Assembly (NCBI RefSeq): GCF_001194135.2
Contig: NC_068985.1
Coordinates: 102,420,702 to 102,484,701 of the forward strand
Reading direction: 5' to 3'
Source of the DNA: Octopus bimaculoides
Lineage: Eukaryota
Length of the DNA stretch: 64,000 nucleotides
The translations under genes were made by a program, and so were the position numbers. Below are positions 1-13,104 of the stretch, piece by piece. The notes beneath the pieces are model-generated. The model saw only the letters and a program-made list of their open reading frames with translations. It did not search any database and was not told the origin of the DNA. Each line of letters opens with the position of its first letter. The stretch's first letter is position 1.

Positions 1-179
1 ATATATATAGATATATATATAGATATAGATATAGATAGAGAGAGAGAGAGAGAGGAAAAAGGTTAGAGAGAGTCAGAAATAGAAGCGGAAGAGCAGCCAA
101 ATTTTAAATTACATCATTCAATCCTGAAATCGAACATAAGCACAAGATAATGCCCTAGAAAAGATCGGGATAGACCTCG

Positions 180-345
180 CTTAATCACTTTAATGAGATA
201 TACAAGGTTGTGCCAGACTCTGGCCTCACCTACAGACACACTATCCAGTAGTAACAGCTTGAAGTTATCACACACCTGCAAGTGACTGGCGATCGAACAG
301 AAATTACCTTGCCAAATTAAGAGTTAAACGCTGAACATTTAACAA
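180..345 (-). mobile_element. Degenerate tRNA-headed SINE-like remnant
   Basis: Minus strand reads ...ttaaatgttcagcgtttaactctt...gttcgatcgccagtcacttgc..., with a B-box-like GTTCGATCGCC. Heavily diverged. Confidence 0.3.
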
Positions 346-353
346 CAGTTCAA

Positions 354-354
<1 letters not shown>

Positions 355-424
<70 letters not shown>
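355..424. repeat. (AGT)n microsatellite
   Basis: Directly visible. It produces the poly-Tyr end of ORF 350..802. Confidence 0.95.
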
Positions 425-639
425 CTGGAGTAAGAAAAGGAGAGGAAGGAGTGGTATCAGTAATATATAGCTAAGGCAATAATAAATCATAATGATAAAC
501 ATAGTGGTATAATGGATAATGATTGAATCTAGAATCAACTTTATATTTCTAAGCATGTATACATAAACACACGCACGCATGTATATACACACATCAATTA
601 TATATATATATATATATATNNNNNNNNNNNNNNNNNNTG

Positions 640-814
640 TGTTGATATATGTATGTACAAGGGTTTTTTTTAGCTTCTGTCTACCAAATCTACTCACAAG
701 GCAGTAGTCAACCCGAGGTTGTAGTAGAAGACATTTGCTTAAGGTGCCACGCAGTGGAACTAAACCCGAAACCATGTGGTTGGGAAGTAAGCTTCTTACC
801 ACACAACCACGCCT
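640..814 (-). mobile_element. SINE family C, 5' (tRNA-like head) half
   Basis: The reverse complement (ggcgtggttgtgtggtaagaagcttacttcccaaccacatggtttcgggtttagttccactgcgtggcacctt...) matches the heads at 19650 (+) and 25655-25793 (-). Confidence 0.85.
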
Positions 815-834
815 GAGCCTATGAATAGCACATG

Positions 835-1030
835 TGTTTGAAAAGATTAAATGAAAGGAATATTCTATCTAGTTCCTTTCCTTATGATAAAGGCAACTCT
901 TTTTTGTTCGCTATGTAACGATGAACTGTATTTCATCCTGTTCTCATAGAATCCTCTTGTAAACATGTTTAAAGAACGCATTTACTGTTGCAAACATTGG
1001 CAAAAACATACCTTTAGTTCCTATAAATAA
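835..1030 (+). pseudogene. Penelope-like GIY-YIG endonuclease C-terminal remnant
   Basis: Reads CLKRLNERNILSSSFPYDKGNS / +1 frameshift in the T-run at about 901 / FCSLCNDELYFILFS*NPLVNMFKERIYCCKHWQKHTFSSYK*. It fits the recalled PLE C-terminal pattern IL..PY..G..CxLC..E..FI...P.LN...E...C.H..K. Internal stop at 947-949. Confidence 0.75.
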
Positions 1031-1310
1031 TTTCTACTAGTCTATAAAATTCGACCTTTAGCTGTCTTCTTACGTTTCATTTCCACTAAATATATCTATT
1101 TCTACGCCTTTTATCCTTATTTTTACTCACCTATCGCACTATATTTCTCCATTTTTAGTGTTATCCTAATTTCTTTCTTCCTCCTCATTCTCTTTCTATA
1201 AATTGCCTTTGATGTTATATCTATTAACGATTTTTTAAATAATTTAGCAGCGTCCCCTTCATCGTATCTGCAATAATCACATTCGTTTAAAATGTCTTAT
1301 TGATGCGTTT

Positions 1311-1418
1311 TGTTTCTTTTTATTTCCCTGATGAGAAGATTGCATTGTTTTACATCATTTTATTCCTTCCGGAATAATACCAATGTTTTCTGCGAAATAT
1401 ATGTCGGAAATATAAACA
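1311..1418 (+). ncRNA. Type I hammerhead ribozyme (PLE-associated)
   Basis: CUGAUGA 1328-1334; GAAA 1394-1397; GUC 1403-1405. Stem I is UAUUUCC 1321-27 / GGAAAUA 1406-12 plus UGUUU 1311-15 / AAACA 1414-18. Stem II opens with G1335-C1393 and has 10 of 13 pairs in register. Stem III is AUAUAUGU 1397-1404. Confidence 0.85.
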
Positions 1419-2449
1419 TTTGAATAACACCTGTGTTTATCTCCATAAATATATGTGTGGGGGGTGTATAACGGTTGAATGTGGATTCTTGCTTTAATTG
1501 GAGGTTTCCAAAAAAGATTTCTAATGTTGATTGTTCATACTTTGCTAGGAGATTACGTTTACAAGCGTAAATCTACTTATATATATATATATATATAAAT
1601 TCCTCTGCACTGCTCCAGTCCACTCTTCTGTAGGAATAAGTGAGGAATCCTATGACAAAATGTCCAGAGGGTTTTATGTACCCCACAGAATTCGGTATCA
1701 GTCTACTGCTCGTGAATAACCTTTAGTGCGTGTAGAAACACACACACACACAAACACACACACTCACATATATATAAATGTACACGTACACACACACTAA
1801 GTGTGTTTCTGTGTAAGATCCACGAACGCAATAAATTAGAGAAATAAAAAGTGAATAATGATACGGATTGTGTAAAAAAGAAACGTAAACGCATGTATAT
1901 TCATATAAAAATGTAAGTGCGTTTGCATGCGTAATATCTCCATAGCGTGGGCTATGGTGCATCATATATATAAGAGAAAACATTTATATTCTTTATCACA
2001 CGTTGCCCCTACTTTAGTATCTAATAACTTTCTCGCCTTTACATACTTCAGAAATTCAATTTTGCTTCACACTTACGCGAGCTTCGAGGTCTTTCATAGC
2101 ATTATCGGTTTATATGTTTAACTTTTTTCTATTATTCATTATTACGCTAACTCACAGTTGATGTTTTCACAGAGGTATTTATTTAATTTTATGATTTCAA
2201 TTTACATCAGAATTATCCAGCTAACTATTTATTATTTATTTCCTTATCTGCAACTGCATTGCTGCATTGATTTCACTATAAATATATATAAAACTAAATT
2301 CATTTCGAATTGCGTATACGCGTATGTCATCGTGTTTCTATCTCTTTCTCCCTCACTGACTTTCTAACTCTCTGTCTCTCTGTCTGTCTGTCTCTCTGTC
2401 TCTCTCTTCTTTCTGCCTCACTCTTTCCCTTGCGGACACACAAATGCAA

Positions 2450-2487
<38 letters not shown>

Positions 2488-2511
2488 ATGTACACATACA
2501 TACGCATACAG

Positions 2512-2557
<46 letters not shown>

Positions 2558-5046
2558 NNNNNNNNNNNNNNNNNNNNNNNNNNNNNNNNNNNNNNNNNNN
2601 NNNNNNNNNNNNNNNNNNNNNNNNNNNNNNNNNNNNNNNNNNNNNNNNNNNNNNNNNNNNNNNNNNNNNNNNNNNNNNNNNNNNNNNNNNNNNNNNNNNN
2701 NNNNNNNNNNNNNNNNNNNNNNNNNNNNNNNNNNNNNNNNNNNNNNNNNNNNNNNNNNNNNNNNNNNNNNNNNNNNNNNNNNNNNNNNNNNNNNNNNNNN
2801 NNNNNNNNNNNNNNNNNNNNNNNNNNNNNNNNNNNNNNNNNNNNNNNNNNNNNNNNNNNNNNNNNNNNNNNNNNNNNNNNNNNNNNNNNNNNNNNNNNNN
2901 NNNNNNNNNNNNNNNNNNNNNNNNNNNNNNNNNNNNNNNNNNNNNNNNNNNNNNNNNNNNNNNNNNNNNNNNNNNNNNNNNNNNNNNNNNNNNNNNNNNN
3001 NNNNNNNNNNNNNNNNNNNNNNNNNNNNNNNNNNNNNNNNNNNNNNNNNNNNNNNNNNNNNNNNNNNNNNNNNNNNNNNNNNNNNNNNNNNNNNNNNNNN
3101 NNNNNNNNNNNNNNNNNNNNNNNNNNNNNNNNNNNNNNNNNNNNNNNNNNNNNNNNNNNNNNNNNNNNNNNNNNNNNNNNNNNNNNNNNNNNNNNNNNNN
3201 NNNNNNNNNNNNNNNNNNNNNNNNNNNNNNNNNNNNNNNNNNNNNNNNNNNNNNNNNNNNNNNNNNNNNNNNNNNNNNNNNNNNNNNNNNNNNNNNNNNN
3301 NNNNNNNNNNNNNNNNNNNNNNNNNNNNNNNNNNNNNNNNNNNNNNNNNNNNNNNNNNNNNNNNNNNNNNNNNNNNNNNNNNNNNNNNNNNNNNNNNNNN
3401 NNNNNNNNNNNNNNNNATATATATATGTATTAGCGTTTTCTGCGGTCTCAAGCGCAGTGTCACTTTTCTTGTATTGCTTAACACACTATAGCATCGCGTT
3501 TCTACCAACACATCACTTGAAAGAATTTCGAGATCGAAATTAAGCATTACACTCGAATGCCCCAAGTCCGTTCTCCACCATGACATTCTATAATTAAAAC
3601 GAGTGTATGACGAAAAGTATGTTTACACTGTCATAGAAAAATACACTTCTCACAGAGTTTCACTTCCATGTACATGTGTGCGGGGGTGCGAGCGTGTAGG
3701 TATGTGTGTGTCATAGTGTCTGTGTTTCTAAACAGAGAGAGATAAAGTTATGCGAAATAGTAAGGTATGTAGAAAATAGATAGCTGTGTATATAGTTGTA
3801 AATATGTAAATCTATTCCTATTTGATTTTAAATTGCATGTATGAAAATTCAATAACTTAATTCTCTATTATGATACCGTTACACATAGGAATATATGCGC
3901 ATTATAATATAAAATATTAATATATATACATACATACATACATACTTCTAAATGGATGAACAAATACATGTTTACCATTCATATAACACAAGCATTAGCA
4001 CAATGGTAAATTATGTGTGTGCGTGTGTATACATATATTTACATGTATATATATATATATATATANNNNNNNNNNNNNNNNNNNNNNNNNNNNNNNNNNN
4101 NNNNNNNNNNNNNNNNNNNNNNNNNNNNNNNNNNNNNNNNNNNNNNNNNNNNNNNNNNNNNNNNNNNNNNNNNNNNNNNNNNNNNNNNNNNNNNNNNNNN
4201 NNNNNNNNNNNNNNNNNNNNNNNNNNNNNNNNNNNNNNNNNNNNNNNNNNNNNNNNNNNNNNNNNNNNNNNNNNNNNNNNNNNNNNNNNNNNNNNNNNNN
4301 NNNNNNNNNNNNNNNNNNNNNNNNNNNNNNNNNNNNNNNNNNNNNNNNNNNNNNNNNNNNNNNNNNNNNNNNNNNNNNNNNNNNNNNNNNNNNNNNNNNN
4401 NNNNNNNNNNNNNNNNNNNNNNNNNNNNNNNNNNNNNNNNNNNNNNNNNNNNNNNNNNNNNNNNNNNNNNNNNNNNNNNNNNNNNNNNNNNNNNNNNNNN
4501 NNNNNNNNNNNNNNNNNNNNNNNNNNNNNNNNNNNNNNNNNNNNNNNNNNNNNNNNNNNNNNNNNNNNNNNNNNNNNNNNNNNNNNNNNNNNNNNNNNNN
4601 NNNNNNNNNNNNNNNNNNNNNNNNNNNNNNNNNNNNNNNNNNNNNNNNNNNNNNNNNNNNNNNNNNNNNNNNNNNNNNNNNNNNNNNNNNNNNNNNNNNN
4701 NNNNNNNNNNNNNNNNNNNNNNNNNNNNNNNNNNNNNNNNNNNNNNNNNNNNNNNNNNNNNNNNNNNNNNNNNNNNNNNNNNNNNNNNNNNNNNNNNNNN
4801 NNNNNNNNNNNNNNNNNNNNNNNNNNNNNNNNNTATATATATATGTATATATATATATATATAAAGACACACACATATATATATATTATGTGTGTGTACG
4901 TGTATGTGCGTGTGTAAACGTGTGTCTGTTAAACATGTATGAACATAGTCACATGCGCACAACCATACATATACTAGCACATACAGATAAATATATGTGT
5001 ATATATAAATAAATAAATAAATATATATTTACGTACGTATATTTAC

Positions 5047-5080
<34 letters not shown>

Positions 5081-6466
5081 GTTTGCATTATATATTGATA
5101 GATATATACATATACACGCACACATAAGCATGTGTGTATGTGTGTGTGTGTGTACATATGCACATATATATATATATGCATATATTCACATATAATTAGA
5201 CCCGGGCGAGAGACAGTATGTTACAGTTAAACTGATATACACAAAATGATTTAGACCTGACACTTTCACCTCATTTAAGTAGACCTTGTGAACTGTCAAT
5301 TTTGGTAATATGGCGGACTTTTATGCAAGGAAATAACCGATGCGCAGAATATGTTTATCATTATTAAATTTTCTCATTTTGTTTATAAACATAATTGTAT
5401 AAGAAAGATATTCATTGTTTGGAAATAGTACTCTTCGTAATTCTAATCTAGTTACAACCGGATATACCATTGTTTGTGCACTACTGTAATTTATTTCACG
5501 AAAGTCATTACAATTTGTACATATAATAAGAGAATTTGTGTTCGCCCAGCTACAAAACTCCCTCAGGCACAAAGAAGAGAATACAAATATGATTTAGTTG
5601 ATGGGGTTAATTTGGATGATGGTAAATAGTAGTTTAAATAATACGTGATACTAAAGAAAAATGTAATGTTTAGTGTTAACATGTACAAGTAATTTATACT
5701 TAATTTGATTCAAAAAGTTTTATAAGATTAACCGATAACAACTTCTTTGGAATAATATTCTTTAGCCTAGAAGCTAGTCGCTAATCTTAAACTATTTTGA
5801 CTCGATTGAAATTGTTACATTCAGAAATTTCACGATATTATATCTACTTTAATAAGAGTTACGCAGCATATCTATTTAAAGATCATTGAGCAATGCCAAA
5901 AGATTTGTTTATGGAAGAATACTCCGATTAAAAGTACAAGTTATTGCCAAATGAATAAGATTATAGTACATTCAATGATGAAGTTGTCAGCGATACCAAC
6001 TAGTCACAGCGTATATCAAAATGCTTTGTGGCGTCAGCGATCAGGCGTTACAGGGTCGTAAGCACTTGAACGACAGCTATCTCGACTCTATTCTACACGC
6101 TGCTAAGTTTATAATGGTGAACTGAAAGAATGCATAGCTTAAGAGTAAATATATTTAAAGCATTGATAAATAATCAACAAAATGAATGTTGTGTTTCTCA
6201 AAAGCAATGGTTATCTTCAGAGGTTTAACATATACATATACAAATGCGCGCACGCATCCACAAACTGTGCACCGACAGATGAGTGGTACACAGTTTACTA
6301 ATCAATCATATAGTTCAGGTTTCAGTCTTATTGTGAGGCAACTTAAGTAAACGTCAGGCCTACCGAAACTTTGTGAGTAGAACTGGTAGACTGAAACTGA
6401 AAAGAGCCTGTTTTGTCTCTGAGCAGTTGAAACCTGTCACAAACATATTTTAACAAACCTAAATTT

Positions 6467-6507
<41 letters not shown>

Positions 6508-6508
6508 A

Positions 6509-6556
<48 letters not shown>

Positions 6557-6959
6557 CATATATACATATATATATACAACCGGCTCTTTTCATTTATAAA
6601 TGTGTATCTGTGTGTGTATCCTTGTACACATGCATCTATATGTGAGTGTGTAAGTATATATCTATCTGTCTATTTATCTATGTGAGTCACTGTTTATGCA
6701 TGCAATACGTTTCAAGCGGAAACTACATGAAACCTATAAGATAATTTCTCGGTTCACCCTTCTTCTGTTTAGCTAGGTCCTTCTGGTGTGCGTTCAACTT
6801 TCATTGTAGAGAAACTCGATCTCGTTCTGCATAAGGTCCTGTGAATTACTGGAGTTCATATAAGTGACACTATTCTCCCCGAAAATGCCCAGACTAAACG
6901 AGACGCCATTAGAAATACTTATAGTTACGATTTAATTTTCAACTGTCTTATGTTTGCTA

Positions 6960-7065
6960 GCCGGCAGAATCGGTATAGCACCGATAAAAATTGGCCTTGT
7001 GCTATTCTTCTGCATCTTTACATTATGGGCTCCCAAAGCACCGAGATCAATTTTATCCTTTGTTA
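6960..7065 (+). mobile_element. SINE family A, degenerate 5' part
   Basis: ggcagaatcg...gcaccgataaaaatt...ctttacatt...caccgagatcaattttatcctt resembles the family A copies at 54237 and 57775. Confidence 0.45.
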
Positions 7066-7254
7066 CACAGAGTCTGGAGTTCAATGCATATGTTGAGAGA
7101 CGTAGTGTCCAGAGATGATCGGAATGACTCTAGTTAAAATTATAAGGCAAGAATTATACCGAATAACATTTCTATCTGTTTTCGGTTTTTGTGTAATGAT
7201 GCCAATTACTGGCGATTTTTGCTCGCATTAGATAATATTGACGGTCACGGTGAT

Positions 7255-7297
7255 GTAGACATTGATAATGATGATTACGACGACGATGATGATGATA

Positions 7298-7357
<60 letters not shown>

Positions 7358-7700
7358 GTGGTCGTGGTCGTGGTGGTGGTGGTGATGATGATGATGATGA
7401 TGATGACGATGACGACGACGACGGTAGTGATGGTGATTCCATAAAGTATGATTTTGGCGGTGATAACGACGATGAGGAGGTGGAGGATGCGGTTGGGGTG
7501 GAGGTGGGGTTGTTTATAGTGATAATGTCGTTCCTGCTGATAATGATGATGATGATGATGATGATGATGTTCATGATGACGATAATGATGATAACGATGG
7601 CGACAACGACGATGATGATGACGATGATGATGATGAAGATAATTGGATGAAGATTTTGATGATATTCGTGGCAGTGGTGGCAGTGTCGATGGTGGTAATG
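7255..7700. repeat. Compound (GAT)/(GAC)/(GGT) microsatellite tract
   Basis: Directly visible. It explains the poly-D, poly-H, poly-M and poly-S ORFs in several frames. Confidence 0.9.
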
Positions 7701-10060
7701 GTAACGATGTATTCGAAGTAAGCGATGTTCTGTATCTGAAAATCGTATGTATTCGTTGGCTGATTGCAAACATTCTGATACTCTAGTCATCCTTAATTTT
7801 ACTTACTTTTTTGTCCATTTTCACTTTCGTTCTTGTTTTTTAATTAATCCTGCACTATATCATTCACCTCCATTTCCCTACCGCTTTCAATTATAAACAT
7901 GGTGTGCATACATACATACATGTATATATACATATATATATAGATCNNNNNNNNNNNNNNNNNNNNNNNNNNNNNNNNNNNNNNNNNNNNNNNNNNNNNN
8001 NNNNNNNNNNNNNNNNNNNNNNNNNNNNNNNNNNNNNNNNNNATATATATATATATATATATATATATACCAAATATATAATTGAAAGTGCTAGGAAAAT
8101 GGTGGTGAATAACATACATTCATATATGCATAGATATACGTACATACATATATGTATATGTATATACATACATATATATTATATATGTATACATATATAC
8201 ACATATATATGCATATATACATATATATATATATATATATAAACATATTATATATATATATATATAAACATATTAATACAGACATACATACATATATTAT
8301 ACTACATATAAACATATACGTGTACACAAATAATGACTTATTTATTTACTTATTTGATTTTTACTTCTTTAAGTAGATTTTCAATCTTCTCTTTCAACAA
8401 AATGTATGTTGTGGCGAATAATTGAGGTTGTGCGAATAAGAAAAGTTAGAAGAAGTACACACATATCAAATGGATATACTTTGTTATTCGTGTTAACATG
8501 ATTATGAGGCCTCGGGTGAAAATGATTTACAGGTATGACATTTGTGTTCCAATCTGCGCAGTAAATAGAGTGTATGTCACGATGTAAATCTACATATAAA
8601 GAGATGTATCAGAACACATGGGTATGTACGTATATACATATATATATATNNNNNNNNNNNNNNNNNNNNNNNNNNNNNNNNNNNNNNNNNNNNNNNNNNN
8701 NNNNNNNNNNNNNNNNNNNNNNNNNNNNNNNNNNNNNNNNNNNNNNNNNNNNNNNNNNNNNNNNNNNNNNNNNNNNNNNNNNNNNNNNNNNNNNNNNNNN
8801 NNNNNNNNNNNNNNNNNNNNNNNNNNNNNNNNNNNNNNNNNNNNNNNNNNNNNNNNNNNNNNNNNNNNNNNNNNNNNNNNNNNNNNNNNNNNNNNNNNNN
8901 NNNNNNNNNNNNNNNNNNNNNNNNNNNNNNNNNNNNNNNNNNNNNNNNNNNNNNNNNNNNNNNNNNNNNNNNNNNNNNNNNNNNNNNNNNNNNNNNNNNN
9001 NNNNNNNNNNNNNNNNNNNNNNNNNNNNNNNNNNNNNNNNNNNNNNNNNNNNNNNNNNNNNNNNNNNNNNNNNNNNNNNNNNNNNNNNNNNNNNNNNNNN
9101 NNNNNNNNNNNNNNNNNNNNNNNNNNNNNNNNNNNNNNNNNNNNNNNNNNNNNNNNNNNNNNNNNNNNNNNNNNNNNNNNNNNNNNNNNNNNNNNNNNNN
9201 NNNNNNNNNNNNNNNNNNNNNNNNNNNNNNNNNNNNNNNNNNNNNNNNNNNNNNNNNNNNNNNNNNNNNNNNNNNNNNNNNNNNNNNNNNNNNNNNNNNN
9301 NNNNNNNNNNNNNNNNNNNNNNNNNNNNNNNNNNNNNNNNNNNNNNNNNNNNNNNNNNNNNNNNNNNNNNNNNNNNNNNNNNNNNNNNNNNNNNNNNNNN
9401 NNNNNNNNNNNNNNNNNNNNNNNNNNNNNNNNNNNNNNNNNNNNNNNNNNNNNNNNNNNNNNNNNNNNNNNNNNNNNNNNNNNNNNNNNNNNNNNNNNNN
9501 NNNNNNNNNNNNNNNNNNNNNNNNNNNNNNNNNNNNNNNNNTATATGTATACAAAGATTCGTGAGTGGATGAGCTCATCTACATACGTATAGGACTGCCA
9601 AACATACATGGGTGTGCATGTGTGTATGTAATTATCTTATTTATATCGGCATCATTATATATATGCGTACATAAACATATCCTTGTTTTCTGTACGAATG
9701 TGTTTATGGGCATCTGTGTATTTGCATTCTACTCACTGCAAGCAAAACTGCATCGTTTTATGTATGCATACATCTCCAATACTTACTCTTTAGTATACGT
9801 ACATACATGTGCATGTATGTATATAAGTGTGCATCTATGAATACGTAAAGATATATTTCTAATATACATCCGCTTTCGCGTCACAGATAGCTAAATATGT
9901 ATACTCAAGTAAAAGAAACATGGCCGTAGGAAAGAAAAGAATACATCGTTTTTTTTTTCTTGTAAGTATTTCTTGAATGCAACTAATGATATAATTGTAT
10001 ATACGGGTGTGTATGTGTGTATGTATCTATGTGTGCGAGTGAATGCACGTATGTATGTAT

Positions 10061-10389
10061 GGAGGTGCAATGGCCCAGTGGTTAAGGTAGCGGACTCGTA
10101 GTCGTGGGATCGCGGTTCAGATTCCCACACCGAGCGGCATTGCGATATTCGTTGAGCTATAACACCGAAAGCTCCACGAGGCTCAGCAGGCGGTGGTGAC
10201 GAACTCAGCTATACTGGGTTTCACAACAACATTCTCTCACGCTTTCTTACTGCTTTTGTTCTACTTGCATTTCAAAGGGACAGTCTTGTCACAGGCTGTG
10301 TCACGCTGAATCTCCCCGAGAACTATGTGAATGGTACACGTGTCTGTGGAGTGCTCAACCCTCATCGTCGTAACCGACGGAGTGCCACG

Positions 10390-10393
<4 letters not shown>
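10061..10393 (+). mobile_element. SINE family B with internal deletion
   Basis: A box TGGCCCAGTGG and B-box-like GTTCAGATTCCC. Colinear with 34972-35371 but lacks the roughly 55-bp gccattagcacg...gatcaactgt block. Confidence 0.9.
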
Positions 10394-10436
<43 letters not shown>

Positions 10437-10840
10437 AGAGAGAGAAAGAGAAAGCGAGAGAGGGGATTTACTGTTCCATTCAGGTAAGATCAAATAAGTA
10501 TTGTTTGCAATGAGAGGTAAATATCATTGAATATACACGCAATTAAAACATGAGCAACTGATAGTTTCTCGAGATTAAGACACGTGGAGACACATGGTAT
10601 ATAAACATCTATTTAGTCTGCATCTCAATGGTAAGAAACTATATAATAGCATTATTTACTAGAAGGTGTTTTAATTTATATACACCTATACATGATTTTT
10701 ACTCTCGCTAGACCACTGGTGGTAAATAAAATTTCAAAAAATTTTTTTGCTGCCCTATAATTTATTAATATATATATATATATAGCGAGAGATATATAGA
10801 TAGACAGACAGCCAGACGAACAGCTAGATAGCTAGCTACC

Positions 10841-10904
<64 letters not shown>

Positions 10905-12171
10905 GGTAAATTACATGCATGCATTATCCTCTCTCGGTCACAAGAAAGTCACTAAAAGAGAAATTGAACAGCTATAATTTGATGTTGGTAGGCAGAATAA
11001 TCTAGGTTATGCATATAACTGGTCCCATAATGATCGATGTTGATCCGCCTAATATTTCACTTGTCATGACTGTCGATAGGTGGCAACACATTACTGCTTT
11101 TACGCTGGAGTTGAAGATACATCAGTTTTCGCTCATTTGGCCTAATAAGCGTAAAGAAACGAAAAAGTTGGATAAAAGTTTACAATTGTCTCCCATCGCA
11201 CGCGATCATCCGTTTCTAAAAGGTATCATTTGTGTCTGCGTACGTTTTTCATTCTCTAGTCCGAAAAACGTGTGAACATGTTTTGAAAGGGAATCTTCCA
11301 TCACGAGAGCAGCGATTAAATATTTCGATTTTTTTAAAGTTAAGTATGTCTCTCGCATCGGGTAAGCATTTTGCAATTATTTTCCATTCGGTGAAGCAGA
11401 TCCTTAACCGAATTGTTTTGTTCAAGTTTGGCCTATGTTGAGCAAATTTCAGATGATTTTGCACGGCGTCACTTACTTGTTCAATGTTCAGATATTGCTG
11501 TAACGTTGTGCCTGTCTTTACAGAGTCCCACCAAATAGCCCCCCCCCCCACACACACACACAGACACACACGTGCGTGTGTACATAATTTCAACTGTTTT
11601 CTTTTTCATATTACCCGCTGGTTACTGAACAGTGTTTTGTGGCTTATAATGTATAAAGTTACATATCTATAAATTTTAGACCAATACTTTATGTAAGACG
11701 AGATGTCTAAACCTATACATTCGATAAATTCAGTAGAGACCTTGTTTTCTTATATATATATCTGTTCTGACACACNNNNNNNNNNNNNNNNNNNNNNNNN
11801 NNNNNNNNNNNNNNNNNNNNNNNNNNNNNNNNNNNNNNNNNNNNNNNNNNNNNNNNNNNNNNNNNNNNNNNNNNNNNNNNNNNNNNNNNNNNNNNNNNNN
11901 NNNNNNNNNNNNNNNNNNNNNNNNNNNNNNNNNNNNNNNNNNNNNNNNNNNNNNNNNNNNNNNNNNNNNNNNNNNNNNNNNNNNNNNNNNNNNNNNNNNN
12001 NNNNNNNNNNNNNNNNNNNNNNNNNNNNNNNNNNNNNNNNNNNNNNNNNNNNNNNNNNNNNNNNNNNNNNNNNNNNNNNNNNNNNNNNNNNNNNNNNNNN
12101 NNNNNNNNNNNNNNNNNNNNNNNNNNNNNNNNNNNNNNNNNNNNNNNNNNNNNNNNNNNNNNNNNNNNNNN

Positions 12172-12222
<51 letters not shown>

Positions 12223-12946
12223 GTGTGTGTGTATTTGCAAATTTCGTACGCATGCTTGTGTCAATATCTAGAAGGCGTGAGTGACAAGTTTTCCAAATTT
12301 AATTAACGTTTCACCCATTAAAAAGTACTGCAAAACTGTTTGCCGCTAGCACTTTTTCGAAGCTGCCAGGATTTATTTCCCTATTACAATGTTAATCTTG
12401 ATTCTTATTTAATAATACCTATGTTTCTGAGGTGTATGTTGTGTGTAACGCAGTCTCATATACTGGTATGTATTCGGAGTTTTTTTATCTATACATGTTT
12501 TTTTTTTTTCTCTATGCATACTTCAATGTTTATGCAATGCATTTTTAAGTATTCATGTATGCTTGAAAAGCTTTCTCTTGGTTTCCTATTTCCATGTACA
12601 AATAAATTTATCAGACTTCTACTAACTATTCAACATACAGATACCCAAAACTGCTTTCTGAAATTCTCAGGTTTCCTACGAAAGTACCATATACATATAT
12701 ACTCATATATATGCATATATACATATATATACATATATAATACACACTGTAATGCCATTATTATTTCTATTTGTAATTACGGTATCTACTACAGGCCTGT
12801 ACTTCTAGTATAGTCTTATTAGTAGTAATACGTGAAAAGCAGACAACTAAGTATTATTTTAAATTTTCGTTACGGACACAAACTTCATGAAATGCCGAAG
12901 TAAAGTATTGAACATACAAAATTTTTATGAAACACATTATATTGAG

Positions 12947-13035
<89 letters not shown>

Positions 13036-13104
13036 TATTAGGGACGAAAACAGTATTATTGCCCAAAGGAAATGTTTATATTCAGCTTAAAATGGATATC
13101 TCGC

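Larger units (their letters stand above)
815..1570 (+). mobile_element. Penelope-like retroelement 3' fragment (ORF end, 3' UTR/pLTR with hammerhead); ends approximate
   Basis: PLE-type ORF C-terminus at 835-1030, followed about 280 bp later by a type I hammerhead (1311-1418). This is the layout known for PLE pLTRs. Confidence 0.75.

Noticed and set aside
5321-5572. 83-aa non-repetitive minus-strand ORF with CxxC
   Set aside because: No recognisable domain and no convincing splice pair. The length is within chance expectation.
7189-7790. Asp-rich, His-rich and Ser-rich ORFs
   Set aside because: A (GAT)n-type microsatellite open in several frames on both strands, with no splice or codon evidence.
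11249-11593. 114-aa minus-strand ORF
   Set aside because: Starts in a (GT)n/G-run and has no recognisable homology. An internal donor is present but the acceptor is poor.
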